Under the pieces are notes generated by a model. The model saw nothing but the letters and a program-made list of their open reading frames with translations. It was not told the DNA's origin and ran no database searches. The translations under genes and the position numbers were made by a program. From NCBI GenBank assembly GCA_020348445.1, contig CP070751.1, positions 597,003 through 661,002 on the forward strand: DNA of 64,000 nt, given 5' to 3'. Below are positions 1 through 12,300 of this stretch, in pieces (positions within the stretch are counted from its first letter, which is position 1; each line of letters begins with the position of its first letter). This DNA comes from Thermoplasmata archaeon. GTDB lineage: Archaea; Thermoplasmatota; Thermoplasmata; GCA-020350865.

Positions 1-113
1 CATGTAAATTATCGCCCCCCATCTTTTACAATCAATGATGATTTACATAAAAGGATTATCGATATCGAACAATCACCCGAATAGATAAGCCTTGTCATGC
101 AATCACTATATAA

Positions 114-1340
114 CTAGTGTATCCTGCTCCTTGGAGCAATATTGCCCTTTGCCAATGCGTTTGGGCCTATGAAAGAGTTCTCACCTATTATAGTGCCAGG
201 ATCTATGGAGCTGTTGATCCCTGTCTTTGCGTCATCACCCATAATAACACCGAGTTTCCTTTGACCTGTATTCACCAATTTGCCCCTGAGGATCACATTG
301 ATGTTCTTGCCATCCAACCTGAGATTGGCAACCTTTGTTCCTGCCCCAAAATTGCATCTCTGGCCTATTATACTGTCGCCCACATAGTTATTATGTGGGA
401 CATTTGAAAAGTTCATGATTATGCTGTTTTTAACTTCCACGGCATTACCGACCTTGCATTTGTTGCCAATTACCGTACTGGGTCTGATTGTACAGTTGGG
501 GCCTATCGTACAATTCTCTCCTATAATAACCGGACCTGTGATATATGATCCGTTTTTTACGATGGTACCCTTACCTACTTGAACCGGTCCTTTGATCTCA
601 GTATATTTCTCTATTTCCCCTTGGGATTTCTCCTTCAGGTCTTTCATAAGAATCTCGTTAGCACGGAGAAGGTCCCACGGCCTTCCGATCTCCACCCACG
701 GTTCCTCCAACACATGCCCATAAACATCGTTCTTTCCCATGTGGATTTTAATGGATTCCGTGATTTCGTATTCTCCCCGTGATGACTTGGGCGTTTTTTC
801 TATAGCTTCGAATATTTCAGGTGTGAAGATATATATCCCGGCATTTATGAGATTACTTTTGGGTATCTTCGGTTTTTCTGCGATCTCCTTTACACGATCA
901 CCGTCGAGCTCCACCACTCCAAAGCGCTCGGGAAAATCAACCCTTGCCAGGCTGAGTATATCCCCCTTGTTGTTTCTTGAAAATTCCACAAGCCCCTTGA
1001 TGTACGATTTCGCCAAAACGATGTCTCCGTTTAGGCAAACAAATGGTGAGTCCATGACCGATTGTGCGATGCCCACCGCGTGTGCGGTTCCCAGTCTTTC
1101 CTCCTGATGGAGGTAGACTATATTCACACCAAATTTATCTCCATCTCCAAAATATTCTTTAATTGTCAAATTCTTCCAGCCTATCAAAAGAAAGATATCT
1201 TTAATTTCGAAAGCTTTCAACGTTTCTATTATGTGCTGGAGAAACGGTTTCCCTGCCACAGGTAGAAGCGGTTTTGGGATGTTCGCGGTAAGGGGTCTCA
1301 TTCTTGTGCCTTCACCCGCAGCCAAAATCAGAGCCTTCAT
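114..1340 (-). CDS. glmU: Bifunctional sugar-1-phosphate nucleotidylyltransferase/acetyltransferase (archaeal GlmU-type)
   Basis: N-terminal LAAGEGTRMRPLT..PKPLL nucleotidyltransferase motif; C-terminal hexapeptide (left-handed beta-helix) repeats; overlaps the glmM stop (ATGA/CTAA region). Confidence 0.9.
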   Translation of the reverse strand: MKALILAAGEGTRMRPLTANIPKPLLPVAGKPFLQHIIETLKAFEIKDIFLLIGWKNLTIKEYFGDGDKFGVNIVYLHQEERLGTAHAVGIAQSVMDSPFVCLNGDIVLAKSYIKGLVEFSRNNKGDILSLARVDFPERFGVVELDGDRVKEIAEKPKIPKSNLINAGIYIFTPEIFEAIEKTPKSSRGEYEITESIKIHMGKNDVYGHVLEEPWVEIGRPWDLLRANEILMKDLKEKSQGEIEKYTEIKGPVQVGKGTIVKNGSYITGPVIIGENCTIGPNCTIRPSTVIGNKCKVGNAVEVKNSIIMNFSNVPHNNYVGDSIIGQRCNFGAGTKVANLRLDGKNINVILRGKLVNTGQRKLGVIMGDDAKTGINSSIDPGTIIGENSFIGPNALAKGNIAPRSRIH

Positions 1341-2647
1341 GGACTAACACACTCCTTTACCATCTCATAAACCTTGCCATACAATAGTTCTGTCTCATCC
1401 TTTTCCTCGGCCTCGGCGGTAATCCGTATCTTTGGTTCTGTTCCCGAAGCCCGGATCAAAATCCAAGAGCTTTCAAATTGGGCCCTGATCCCATCTTCGG
1501 TTGCCAGTGCTTTCGGATTCAGATCTGATAGTCGATTTTTTACCAAAGCCAGGGTCTCGGATTTTTTATTGTTAGGACAGGATATGGTGCCTTTTTTTCT
1601 TGGATATTTAGGAAGAGCCGAAATCTGGTTGGAAAGCGGCACTTTTTGGACCAATTCCGCCAGGCGAACGGCAGCGAATATTCCGTCGGGACATAGACTC
1701 TGGGCAGGAAATATCCAAGTACCTGATGGTTCGCCTCCAAAATCTGCGTTGTGCTTTTTTATCATCTCAGAAACGAACACATCTCCAACCTTGCAACGGA
1801 TAACCTCTGCATCGCCCACCACCTTTTCTATAGCCATTGAGGTATTGACTGGAACAACTACACTCTTTTTCACCTCATTTTTCGCAAACAACGCTAAAAG
1901 AGAATCTCCCCCAACATAGTTACCCTTCTCATCCACAGCCACCATTCTATCTGCATCACCATCATGGGCGATACCCAGATCTGCATCTGAGGAAATCACG
2001 GCCTTCATGAGGGAGGAGAGATTCTCAATTGAGGGTTCTGATCTTCGTCCTGGAAAGAAACCGTCAGGCTGACAATTTAAAGTGATGATATCGCATCCCA
2101 GTTGTCTGAAAAGATAAGGAGTTATCGTTGATGCGGTACCGCAGCCGCAGTCCACCACGATTTTTAATTTAATTTCATCTTTATATTCCAGGATTCTCTG
2201 CATATGCTCTTCCACGGCATTTTCATAAGGAAAAGAGTTTTTGATGGACACCCATTTGACCCTGTTCACCTGTTTTTCTGCCACCATATTTTCGATCTCT
2301 TTCATTTGCTCAATATTAAAGCCAGCACCATCGGGATTGAAGAACTTTATACCATTGTACTCTGGTGGGTTGTGGGATGCCGTAATCATTATACCGCAGT
2401 TAAAATGTCTTGCTGCGTATGCCAACGTGGGTGTTGTGACCAGTCCTGCATTAAAAACCTCACATCCTGTGGACAAAAGACCTGCAGTTAGCGCGTGAAT
2501 TAAAAGAAGGCTTGATGTTCTGGGATCATTGCCGATTACCACACTTCTATGCAGGGTTCCAACGATCTCGCCCAGGTTCAATGCCAGCTCTGCAGATATG
2601 TCCTGATTTGCGAGCCCCCTGATACCTGATGAGCCAAATAGCCTCAT
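1337..2647 (-). CDS. glmM: Phosphoglucosamine mutase
   Basis: MRLFGSSGIRG start (ATG at 2647, preferred over the ORF start at 2713); ITASHNP catalytic Ser loop; DGDADR metal loop; GGEPSG; IRASGTEP. Confidence 0.9.
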   Translation of the reverse strand: MRLFGSSGIRGLANQDISAELALNLGEIVGTLHRSVVIGNDPRTSSLLLIHALTAGLLSTGCEVFNAGLVTTPTLAYAARHFNCGIMITASHNPPEYNGIKFFNPDGAGFNIEQMKEIENMVAEKQVNRVKWVSIKNSFPYENAVEEHMQRILEYKDEIKLKIVVDCGCGTASTITPYLFRQLGCDIITLNCQPDGFFPGRRSEPSIENLSSLMKAVISSDADLGIAHDGDADRMVAVDEKGNYVGGDSLLALFAKNEVKKSVVVPVNTSMAIEKVVGDAEVIRCKVGDVFVSEMIKKHNADFGGEPSGTWIFPAQSLCPDGIFAAVRLAELVQKVPLSNQISALPKYPRKKGTISCPNNKKSETLALVKNRLSDLNPKALATEDGIRAQFESSWILIRASGTEPKIRITAEAEEKDETELLYGKVYEMVKECVSP

Positions 2648-2901
2648 ACAATCGCAAAGTGTATTGTTATCCCCGATATAAGGATTTTTATTTTCATGAT
2701 AACATAACTTCATTTAATAATTGGTTGTGAACTTCCTTTTAAATGATGAAAAACGGGGTAAAAGTGGGTTTTTTCGTGTATTTTCAGGAGTATAGTAAAG
2801 TGAAAAACATTAAATATAAGAAAATCTTTGTAGTTCCAATATAATCTGATGGGATGGATGGGAATACCAACTTCAAAAGATAGAATATTGGAGGATGGAA
2901 C

Positions 2902-5900
2902 ATGAGCAAAAAAATAGCATATTTGTTGGCATTTTGTATGGTGAGCGTGGTGATTGTGATTATGGCACCAAGTGCCAGTGCAGTACAGGTTGCCAGTAAT
3001 ATACAGACCCACCATAGAGAAGGCAGCAGTTACCCTGTAGACAATTATTTCAGGGATGAATATGATTCGGGTATTACAGATGGCTGGGACGACGTATACT
3101 TCTCATTTAGGGCCCTCGATGATGGGGATCCATTTACTGAGTGGTTATACATATATATTTATGATCCGAGTTCCTCTGCTATACCAGGTTTCAATCCGTA
3201 CTCTTATCAAATTCAGATAACCGATAATGGAATCTACAACAGTTGGGATCATGGTGTTTATTGGGATGTACCATCAGGTGCAGAAATAGGTCAATATACG
3301 TTAGAAATCCACAACGGGACAGACTTGATAGGGAGCCACGATTTCTGGGTATACGATCCAACATGGACGGCAACAGTAGACCTTTATGAGGATTCTTCAT
3401 ATTCAGTTCCTTCTAACAGCTTTCAAATGAATCAGTGGGTCTATTACACGGTCCATATCGAGGATCAACATTTTGCACCATTATACAGCAATTACGGGAC
3501 CGCTTATTCCTACGCTATAAAGGATACACAAGAATTGAGCCTGGATACTCTGCAATTAGATTTAAATGGTGATGATTATGAAAGTTTTCGATTATACCCT
3601 TCGAACTTCGATGAGGGGAGTTGGGATGTACAAATAAGATACCCCTATGGGACAGACATACCGACCATGGAGCCTTTCACCATCTACGAGCCAACCTACA
3701 CAGCAGACATCGACACATTTACAGATGATACATACACCACTGAAACATCGACCTTCCCAGCAAACGGCCAAGTCTTTTGGAATGCCTATATAAAGGATCA
3801 ACAAGGAAAAAACTATCCCAGTTATTCATGGGTTTATCTGCAGGTGGAGCACGATGGTCAAATATACGATAATTGGAATGGCTATACAGATGATACAGGC
3901 AATGCAACTGACTATTTTTGGCTTTCCAACCAAGGTGTATGGACCACAGAGGAACAGGTGGGTTTATACACCATAAGGATAAGCGATAGTCCCACTGGTG
4001 ATCCTTTCTCCGGTAGTGCACAATTCGAGGTTATCGGTATCGATATAACCCCTGATAAGGATAAATATTCCCAGGGCGAAGATATCACGATAACTGTCAC
4101 ATCGAGAATCTATCAGTCCGATATCGATGTTACGATATACGATTATGATGATTGGGGTGATAAGATTAAAAGCTGGAAAGACCAGTCCATGTCAAGCAAG
4201 ACCTGGACAACCACATACAATTTAGAAGATAACCTCCCTGACGGTCAATATCGCCTGTGTGTAAATGATAGTGACACAAAGAGAAATCTTGGGCAATTGT
4301 CATTCAATGTGAAAAAATACACATTGGAGATTCAGTATGACGCAGAGTCATATCTTCCCGGTGAAGCCATGAATATCTATTACACAATAACCAGCAACGC
4401 AGATGGAAGTGGTGTGTCTGGGACAACCATTGAATATACATTGCGCTACTATGACACAGAAAAATCCGAGTGGGAATATTATTACAGTGATCCGATTTCT
4501 GGAGATGAATCGGGAGCTGGATCCTTCTCTGTTGACATTCCGGACACCGCCTCAAAAACTAGCCAAGTCACATTTCATGTCTGGGCAAACGACACCAAGG
4601 ATCATTTCTATAAGATTACAGATTATCCCTCTCTCGGATATCTTACCGCAAGTGTATCTGTTGATAATCCACCTCCTGATTGGTATTTACCTGGAGATCA
4701 TGTAGAGGTAAATATATATTCCGAAGTAGATGGCCGTGACCCACTAAAGGAAGCCGATTGCGCCTTAAACGTGTCCAAAAACGGCGTTGAGATATCAGAT
4801 TATACGGTGAGTGGCCTTAAAACCGATATGGAAGGAAGGCTCACATATATATTCCAGCTTAACTCTGACGCAGAAATCGGCGAGTACGAAATAACAGTAA
4901 ATGTATCAAAAGGAGACGAGTGGGACATTGCGATGGCGGATTTCGAAATCAAGGAGAAAAGAAAGATGACTTTGAAATTTAAATTCGACAACGATATTTA
5001 TCTCGGTACCAATTATCCACAATATTATTCTGGGGATACGGTCACAGTGACCTACACGGCCCTAAGAGGTGAAGAGGTTGTTGATAACGCCAATATTAAA
5101 TACTGGATTAGAGATAGTGATGATTCTTATTACCTCGCCTCAGGAACATCAAATACTGGAGAATTCACGTTTGAAATACCTGAAAATTACGAGAGTAGAT
5201 CAGGTAGATTAAGATTCGATGCAAAAGTTTGGGACGATTCCGAAAGCGCTTGGATGCCTGTTGGGACGTATGATTATTTCACAGCATACATTGAAGTGGA
5301 TCGCGCAGGTCTTATCCTAAAGCCAAACAGGAACAATTACTCACCCGGAGACACCATCACAGTAGAGTACAGTGTTGTTGGAGCCGATATACCTGAGGCA
5401 AGTTATCACTATAAGATTACCGATGATAAAGGTATTACAGTTAAGAAGGAGAGCCTAGCATCGTCCAAGGGAAGTTTCAAGTTCACGGTGCCCACAGGCA
5501 ATGTACCAAACTCCTACAAAATCTGGGGTTATATAACAGATGCCAATGGAGTCAACATAGCACAAAGTGATGTGACTATTACCAGATTAAAGGGTTATAT
5601 GCTGACCTTTACCCTGGATAAAAATACTTACAGACCTGGTGAGACAGCCAAACTAAAATACAAAATACACTCCCTTGACGGCGCCGATATCCCTGAAAAA
5701 TTCACATTGACATGGGCTTTCGGTGGTGCACTACCAAGAAGCATTCAAACCTCTTCATCTGAAGGGACCCTTGAAATAAAAGTTCCAGATGACGCCGCGG
5801 ACGGAACAGGCTATTTCTATATCGGTTCCTCCTCCGAATTAGGGTATGCTGGCTCACAGCAGGAGGCAAAGATACGAGCCAATCCAAATCCCCTGGCAGA

Positions 5901-6228
5901 AACTGTTGGAGACGTTCCGATATTTTCGTACATATTGCTGATCCTTATAATTGTAAGCCTTCTAATCGGCATAGCAGCATGGAAGCACGGAAAGAAAGCC
6001 TTGGAGGAGTCAAAATTACCGCCTTGGAAGAAAGATAGGCCCTTGCCTGAACCCGAGACTTACGGAGAGCCGGGTGAGGGAGAGGAAGGCTTGCCTCCTC
6101 CTGAAGACGAACCCACAATTCCTCCCGAAGAGGGAACTACCCCTACCCCTGAAGAAGGCCCGGCACCTCCTCCAGAAGAAGGTCCGACAGCCCCTCCCGG
6201 GGAAGATTTACCACCTCCTCCACCTTAA
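2902..6228 (+). CDS. Large membrane-anchored surface protein with tandem Ig/MG2 (macroglobulin-like) domains and a Pro/Glu-rich cytoplasmic tail
   Basis: Signal peptide; repeated 'DK..Y.PGE/D.V.I' strand motifs (DKDKYSQGEDI, ESYLPGEAM, NNYSPGDTI, KNTYRPGETA); C-terminal TM; PEEG repeats ending in PPPPP. Confidence 0.7.
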   Translation: MSKKIAYLLAFCMVSVVIVIMAPSASAVQVASNIQTHHREGSSYPVDNYFRDEYDSGITDGWDDVYFSFRALDDGDPFTEWLYIYIYDPSSSAIPGFNPYSYQIQITDNGIYNSWDHGVYWDVPSGAEIGQYTLEIHNGTDLIGSHDFWVYDPTWTATVDLYEDSSYSVPSNSFQMNQWVYYTVHIEDQHFAPLYSNYGTAYSYAIKDTQELSLDTLQLDLNGDDYESFRLYPSNFDEGSWDVQIRYPYGTDIPTMEPFTIYEPTYTADIDTFTDDTYTTETSTFPANGQVFWNAYIKDQQGKNYPSYSWVYLQVEHDGQIYDNWNGYTDDTGNATDYFWLSNQGVWTTEEQVGLYTIRISDSPTGDPFSGSAQFEVIGIDITPDKDKYSQGEDITITVTSRIYQSDIDVTIYDYDDWGDKIKSWKDQSMSSKTWTTTYNLEDNLPDGQYRLCVNDSDTKRNLGQLSFNVKKYTLEIQYDAESYLPGEAMNIYYTITSNADGSGVSGTTIEYTLRYYDTEKSEWEYYYSDPISGDESGAGSFSVDIPDTASKTSQVTFHVWANDTKDHFYKITDYPSLGYLTASVSVDNPPPDWYLPGDHVEVNIYSEVDGRDPLKEADCALNVSKNGVEISDYTVSGLKTDMEGRLTYIFQLNSDAEIGEYEITVNVSKGDEWDIAMADFEIKEKRKMTLKFKFDNDIYLGTNYPQYYSGDTVTVTYTALRGEEVVDNANIKYWIRDSDDSYYLASGTSNTGEFTFEIPENYESRSGRLRFDAKVWDDSESAWMPVGTYDYFTAYIEVDRAGLILKPNRNNYSPGDTITVEYSVVGADIPEASYHYKITDDKGITVKKESLASSKGSFKFTVPTGNVPNSYKIWGYITDANGVNIAQSDVTITRLKGYMLTFTLDKNTYRPGETAKLKYKIHSLDGADIPEKFTLTWAFGGALPRSIQTSSSEGTLEIKVPDDAADGTGYFYIGSSSELGYAGSQQEAKIRANPNPLAETVGDVPIFSYILLILIIVSLLIGIAAWKHGKKALEESKLPPWKKDRPLPEPETYGEPGEGEEGLPPPEDEPTIPPEEGTTPTPEEGPAPPPEEGPTAPPGEDLPPPPP

Positions 6229-6321
6229 GATATTAAATCAGGGACCTGAGGATCAGCCGGAATTCAAAAAGAGATTGAGAGGAACACCTCCCCTTTGAAT
6301 TACCAAGATACGATATTCCGA

Positions 6322-9300
6322 TTAAGGTCCGTTTTTATTTTTCTTTGCAGTGGACCTTTTCTTGCGCCAAAGAACAAATAGAGTCACGATAATGCAAATA
6401 GGGACCACAATCTCTTGAAACTCTGGTATGTACTCGTCAACCAATATCCTTCCTGCATTATCGTTGGGAGGGGAATCATCGTTGTCATAGTAAGTTGGAC
6501 ATCCAACTATGAAGTTGTCGTAACCGCTTCCATTGACATCTCCCGCAGCCACAGCATATCCTAAAGCTTCATCACTGGATCCTGCAAGATCCCAATCTGA
6601 GGTGGTATCTAATGTTCCCGCGAAGTTGTACGCATATGCGTGGCCATAGGATGAGGATGTTCTGTATGCACCAATTAGAGCATCATAGGTTCCATCGTTC
6701 CAAAAGTCCCCTGCGCAAACTGCGAAACCAAAATATTGAGCCCCCGCCTCCTCCAATATAGCATCATCATCCTCGGCTGTTGCGGAACCGAAACCTCCGT
6801 CGGAGTCATCCTGTGTTAAATAGACATAGCCTCTTCCCTCATCTGAGCTCCCATATCTAGGCGCACCAACAAGGATATCATCATAGTCATTTGTTGTTGC
6901 TGCTTTGTTAAGATCAGCTATTGCAATACTCCATCCAAATCTCTCCATTTCACCAGTGTCTGTTGGATAATTTGCACCGGATTCTATTACTACATCAGCG
7001 CCTGCAGATTGTGCTCCATCGCCGTATGTACCATCACCGTAGAATACAAAAACCGCTCCTGCTGAGGTCGAGCCGACCAGATGGGTATAGGCACCAACAG
7101 CGATATCATCGTAATCTGTGGCTCCGTTGTCTTTTAGATTTCCGACGGCTATAGATGCACCAAAATTGGAACTTGTGTGTGAAAGCGTGACACTAGGAGT
7201 ATTTACCACACCATCATCCCAATCAGAGGATTTGAAATACAGGTAAACGTCAAAACTGGCGTAAGCCCCAATAGCCACGTCATCACCTGCATTACCATCG
7301 AAATTACCAACTGCCAAACCAAGCCTACCGAATGCAAAGGCAGCTCCAGGTGGATGTATAATAACATCAGCACTTGTAATGGTCCCAGAGATACCCGAAT
7401 CTCCGTACACCACATAGGCCTCATTTCCTGAGGTGGTGATCACAAAATCATCACGCACGCCGTCATCGTCAAAATCTGCTGATGCAACACATCTCCCCAT
7501 ATAATCATTAGAGCCCCTTTCTGATTCATCAGTAAGAGTTATTATTGCATCTGGTGTGTAATCATCGGCAATCACAGGACCGTAGAAAATGTATGCGGTA
7601 CCCCAATTTGAGGGTGATGCATCTGCGACGTTATCCCAGTACGGTGTACCAGTAATAATGTCATCCTCAACTCCATCGTCATCAAAGTCACCAACAGCAA
7701 TTGAGAAACCCACACGCTCGCCTACATCGCCCCCATCTTCATATTGATCATTCTTCAGGACAGTGGGATCGATTCTCACTGGATATTCGGCAGAGGCAAG
7801 CCAAGAGATGGGGCAGCGCAAACCTATTACCGCGTTATTCTCCTCGTTGGTAAAATCAACCACATATTCACATGTTATCTCGTCATTGTTTGCATCGAAA
7901 GCGACTGGGCCCATTAAGGTGTATATCGTGGTAAAATCAGAAAGATCGCGAAACTCGATGTCGCTTGTTGTTATATAATTTTCTCTACTTTCCTCACCAT
8001 CCACATACATCTTCAATTCCGAAGAAAAACTCACAGGGATGGTTATAAGAAGATAGCCGGAGTCCTCGGGATCCATGATAAAGGTGTTCAGATTCTCGGT
8101 TAGGATGATGTCCTCCTTTAACATGTCCTCACCGAATCTATATTGTGTTGTCACTGAAAGATCATCAAAGGAATAATAATAATCAGCATATGACTCGCTG
8201 ATCTCAAAACCCGAGTTTTCGGGATTATTGAAAACATGTACAACATCCTCTTCGGATGTGATTTTCAGCTCAGAAGGAACATTCCAGGACAAAAAGTAAC
8301 CCTCCTTAGTCTCAAAGAGCACCTCCCCCTCATTCTCATCAAAGTACACATCGTAGCGGCCGTGGTATTTGGTGTCGTAACCCCTTGTGCTTCCATCACC
8401 GATGTAGGCTCTTGTGGGTCCTTCGACTGCCCCCTCGGTATTGGAATAGTCCTTATCTTTTTTCCTCCAGTCAGTGGTTAAAAAGTACGCCTCGAAGCTA
8501 TCATTTGCCGGATTCAGTTCCATGTCGTCCCAGGTAATACCCACCTCCATCCGCAGCATGTCCAGCCCCACTTTGGGAGAACCGCGCTCTGTCCAATTCC
8601 AATCAGAAGGAGAAATTCCGGTCCATTTGTAGAGGTAGATGCTTTGCACCCTGCCGTGCCTACCCTTAACCTCGATCATATAATCAGCATCTATGGGAAT
8701 GCCTTTTGCGTAACCTGTGTCCGGATTCGTATCAATGAAAACGTAGGCCAAATCCTCTCCTGTTATCGGTGATCGAGGCAGTGGCGGTCCAATGTATTTT
8801 GTTGCACCTGTAATCCTCTGTTTAAGAACAGCATCCGCGCCCCCGACATCGTAATCCTCTATACCATCGTCGTCATCATCTGAATCTTCTGTGTCGGGCA
8901 CACCATCGTTGTCGAAGTCGAACTTGGTGTCTTCGAGCACCCCATCGGAATCATATATTTCAAGCTTCTGACCAATAAACATGATCACATATATCGCTTC
9001 GCCGTCTTCTATCTTCCAGTATCTATCCAATACTTTTATCATTTGTGCGTTCAGAGAGAGCGGTTGTGAGTTATTTTCAAATGCCTCTCTCAATAAATTA
9101 TCAACTGTCCCCTCTGTCAAATATTGCCCATAATATCGATCCAAATTGAACAGGAACTTTATGTCTACATCATGGTTGTCATTTATATCTGGGATTCCAT
9201 CCCAATCTGAATCTGTTGGCTCGGATGTCTTGGATGTTTCTGCAGTGGCGGGATTTTGATAAGGCACAGCTGTTCCCAAGCAAATAGTCCCATCCACTTT

Positions 9301-12300
9301 CAAATAGAACGCAGCTTGGGAATCGGTGGTGGAAACGCCGTATTTCAGTATATCCAGATCAGCTCGCCTCACGTCTAGGGCAGTGTCATTTCGTACATGT
9401 TTTGTATCCCAATCTGCAAAGGCACCGTCGATAATCACGTCAGAAGGTGTCTTAAGCAGGTAGCTGTTTTCGTATTTTCCTTCCTCGGGCGCTATTTGCT
9501 TTAAGGACACGGTCCCATAATCGGTCACGATATCATGTTTGTTCATAATTTTAAAGCCTATGCTGCTTCCCTCTAAGGCACTTTCGCTGACATCCACTAC
9601 TATGTACATCGTCGTGGTTCTTTGCCCCTCGGAGAAAGAATAGGACGGCCAGAATGTTGCCACGCCATTGCTTAGGGTCCCGGTCCCAATGAGCTGGCGA
9701 TTTTCATCCTCAAGCCTTATCTCATCAATGTCGTCATCGCTTCCAACACCAGTTCTGTTTACCCTCAGTACACTCACCGATATATCAGTGTGAAATACAT
9801 CGATTTCCAGTTTAAGTAGCCTATTACCATATCCGCTTATCTCATCCTCACCCTCACCCTGTTGAGTAACTGCCAAAACACCCTTTTCATTGGAAATCAC
9901 AGTATCTGAAAAATCTTCGGATCCATTCCAATCCTTCATATAAAATAGCACATCCACCGCATCATTCTCTTGAAGAAACATTGTGTTGTAAGGAACCTTT
10001 GCCTCCAGCTCAGAATCGCTTACCGCAGCCTTAATCAAACCTTCCAGCATCCACAGGTTCCAATCCTGTATATCTTCGTTATAACTTTGCAGATTACCGC
10101 TCAATACCTCGTTGTTGGCGCCGTATATCTCCACCATATAATCTGCACCTATGCCTTTGATATAATAGCCCGAGACCGGATCTTGATCTGTGTCTATGAA
10201 TATCAATGCAGTGTCAACATGTTTTAGGTAATCAGGTTCTATGGGCTCACCGGCCAACATATCACCCTCGACACGCAGATAAAATGAAAGTTCCATTTGT
10301 CTGGAATCTACTCTGTAATCTTTTATATCCACATTTTTGTTGAATTCAGGTCCAAAGACCGAATCAGAAATAGAAGCCACATCCTCCCAATCTTCAAAGT
10401 GACCGTCGATTACGATGTTGTCCGGAATCTCAACAATAGTGAATAAAAACGGTGAAGAAAACAAAAGAACAAAAAATATCAGAATGGCGGATATTCTTAC
10501 CATTCCCCTCCTTTTATCCACAACCTTATCATAAGGAACTATGCCATTTGTAAAGCCGTTTCCGTTTGTTATCCCATTTGTTATGCCTCTTCTTAATGTT
10601 CTTAGGCCATTGGTTAATCCATTGGTGATACCATTTGTCAGACCATTTGTTAGGCCATTGGTCAATCCATTGGTGATACCCTTTTTTCCTCTTCTTAATC
10701 CATTTGTTAATCCGTTTGTCAGTCCATTTGTTAAACCATATGGAACACCAGGCTTTATGATATCCTTTTCAGTTATTGTCTCCAAACCGCCCTCAACCCC
10801 CATTTCTTCCATTTCCTCAAAGATAGGCTCATACTCTTCCTCTTCTTCGAGTTCGAACTCCAATCCACATTCTGGACATGTAAGATCATCTATGTGTACA
10901 CTTGATCCGCAATCAGGGCATTCGAACTCTTCTGCAATCTCTTCAACCTCTATCTCAAGCTCACCCTCTTCGGGTATCTCCGTGAACTGAACATTGCAAT
11001 TAGGGCAGGATGTTGCCTCAGCACCCACATAAAAACCGCATTCTGGGCATTCAAATCGGATTTCCTCTTCCTCGACCTTTTGCTCCCCTTCCTCGAACAC
11101 CAACTCTTCAAGCTCTCTCTCCAACTCCTTAAAAGGTAGCTCCTCGGGTTCTGAAATGACGGTCACAGCAGCCTCCTCTTCCCTGGCAATCAATTCATCA
11201 GGAACCTCCTCCATCTCACCAAATCTTACACCACAACTTGGGCATTTTACATCATCTTCACTCACTTTACCCCCACATATGGGGCATTCATATTCTTCGA
11301 CCTCCTCAGGCACCTCTGCCGAGGATATTTTTCCATCTGCTTCTTCCAGAAGTTCAAGGAGTTCTGTTTCCAATTCTTTTAATGGAGGCACTTCTTCTTT
11401 CTCAGGTGGCTTTTCAGCTGATACTTCATCTGACTTCTTCAGGCATTCTTCGGCCTCGGCATCCCTGCCCAGCGCTGTTAAAACCTCGGCTTTAGCATTC
11501 CATACATTTTTATAATCTGGCTTGAACTCGATGACCTTATCGAAAGCAACTAGAGCATCTTCGAATTTAGAGTGTAAAAGCAATGTATAACCCAAAGAAT
11601 ACCATTTATCAGGATCCTTGGGATGGAGCTGAACGCGCCTCGCCTTTTCCTGGATATCATCCTGGAGTGTAGGAGGAGTCTTTTTTATGGGTTCTGGAGG
11701 AGGTGGTGGAGCGGGTTTTGGCGCCCTTTCTTTTTCAGGGGGTGGAGCTCTATGATCTTCTTCTCCTATGATGATATTGTTTTTGTCTATCCTGAAGTGT
11801 TGATATTTAGAGTCAAACTGAACACCACTCATGGTGAGGATTCCGATTTTTCTTGTTAGCTTATCCCCCTCTCTATGGACCTTCATGTCCACAACGCCGT
11901 CAAAGATTCCCTGCAGCGCTGAGAGCTGTTGTATGTCCTGTGCTTCGGTCTCAATCGTGAATATTGACGTGATATTGCTCTCTCTAAGTCTGGCCACCAT
12001 ACTCTGAACAAAATTATAGGCCCTCTTGTACTCGAAGAAATTTAGCACTTGGGGAAGTATATCCAAAACCGCTCTTCTTACAGGAGCCATGTTGAGTGCC
12101 TTGATTCCTCTGGTTATGGCAATACCTATGTTCGTCAGATCCTTTGAGGCATAAATCACTCCATCCTTCTCCTCCACATCCCCTACGATCTCCTTGCTTT
12201 TGAATGAGTACCAGTCCACGATTTTCAAAAAACCGCTTTCCTCGTACTTACTCACATTCACCCCCATAGCCATTAGACTTTCCCTGAATTTGCTAGGGGA

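Noticed and set aside
1-20. Start of a further minus-strand gene (ATG at 3-1 behind GGGGGCGAT), possibly continuing the glm operon
   Set aside because: Only one codon lies in the window, so the product cannot be supported.
10541-10990. Antisense ORF with PFVNP repeats, and similar shadow ORFs (14894-15598, 16637-17002, 59653-60447, 60664-61311)
   Set aside because: They lie opposite well-supported genes and simply mirror their codon structure.
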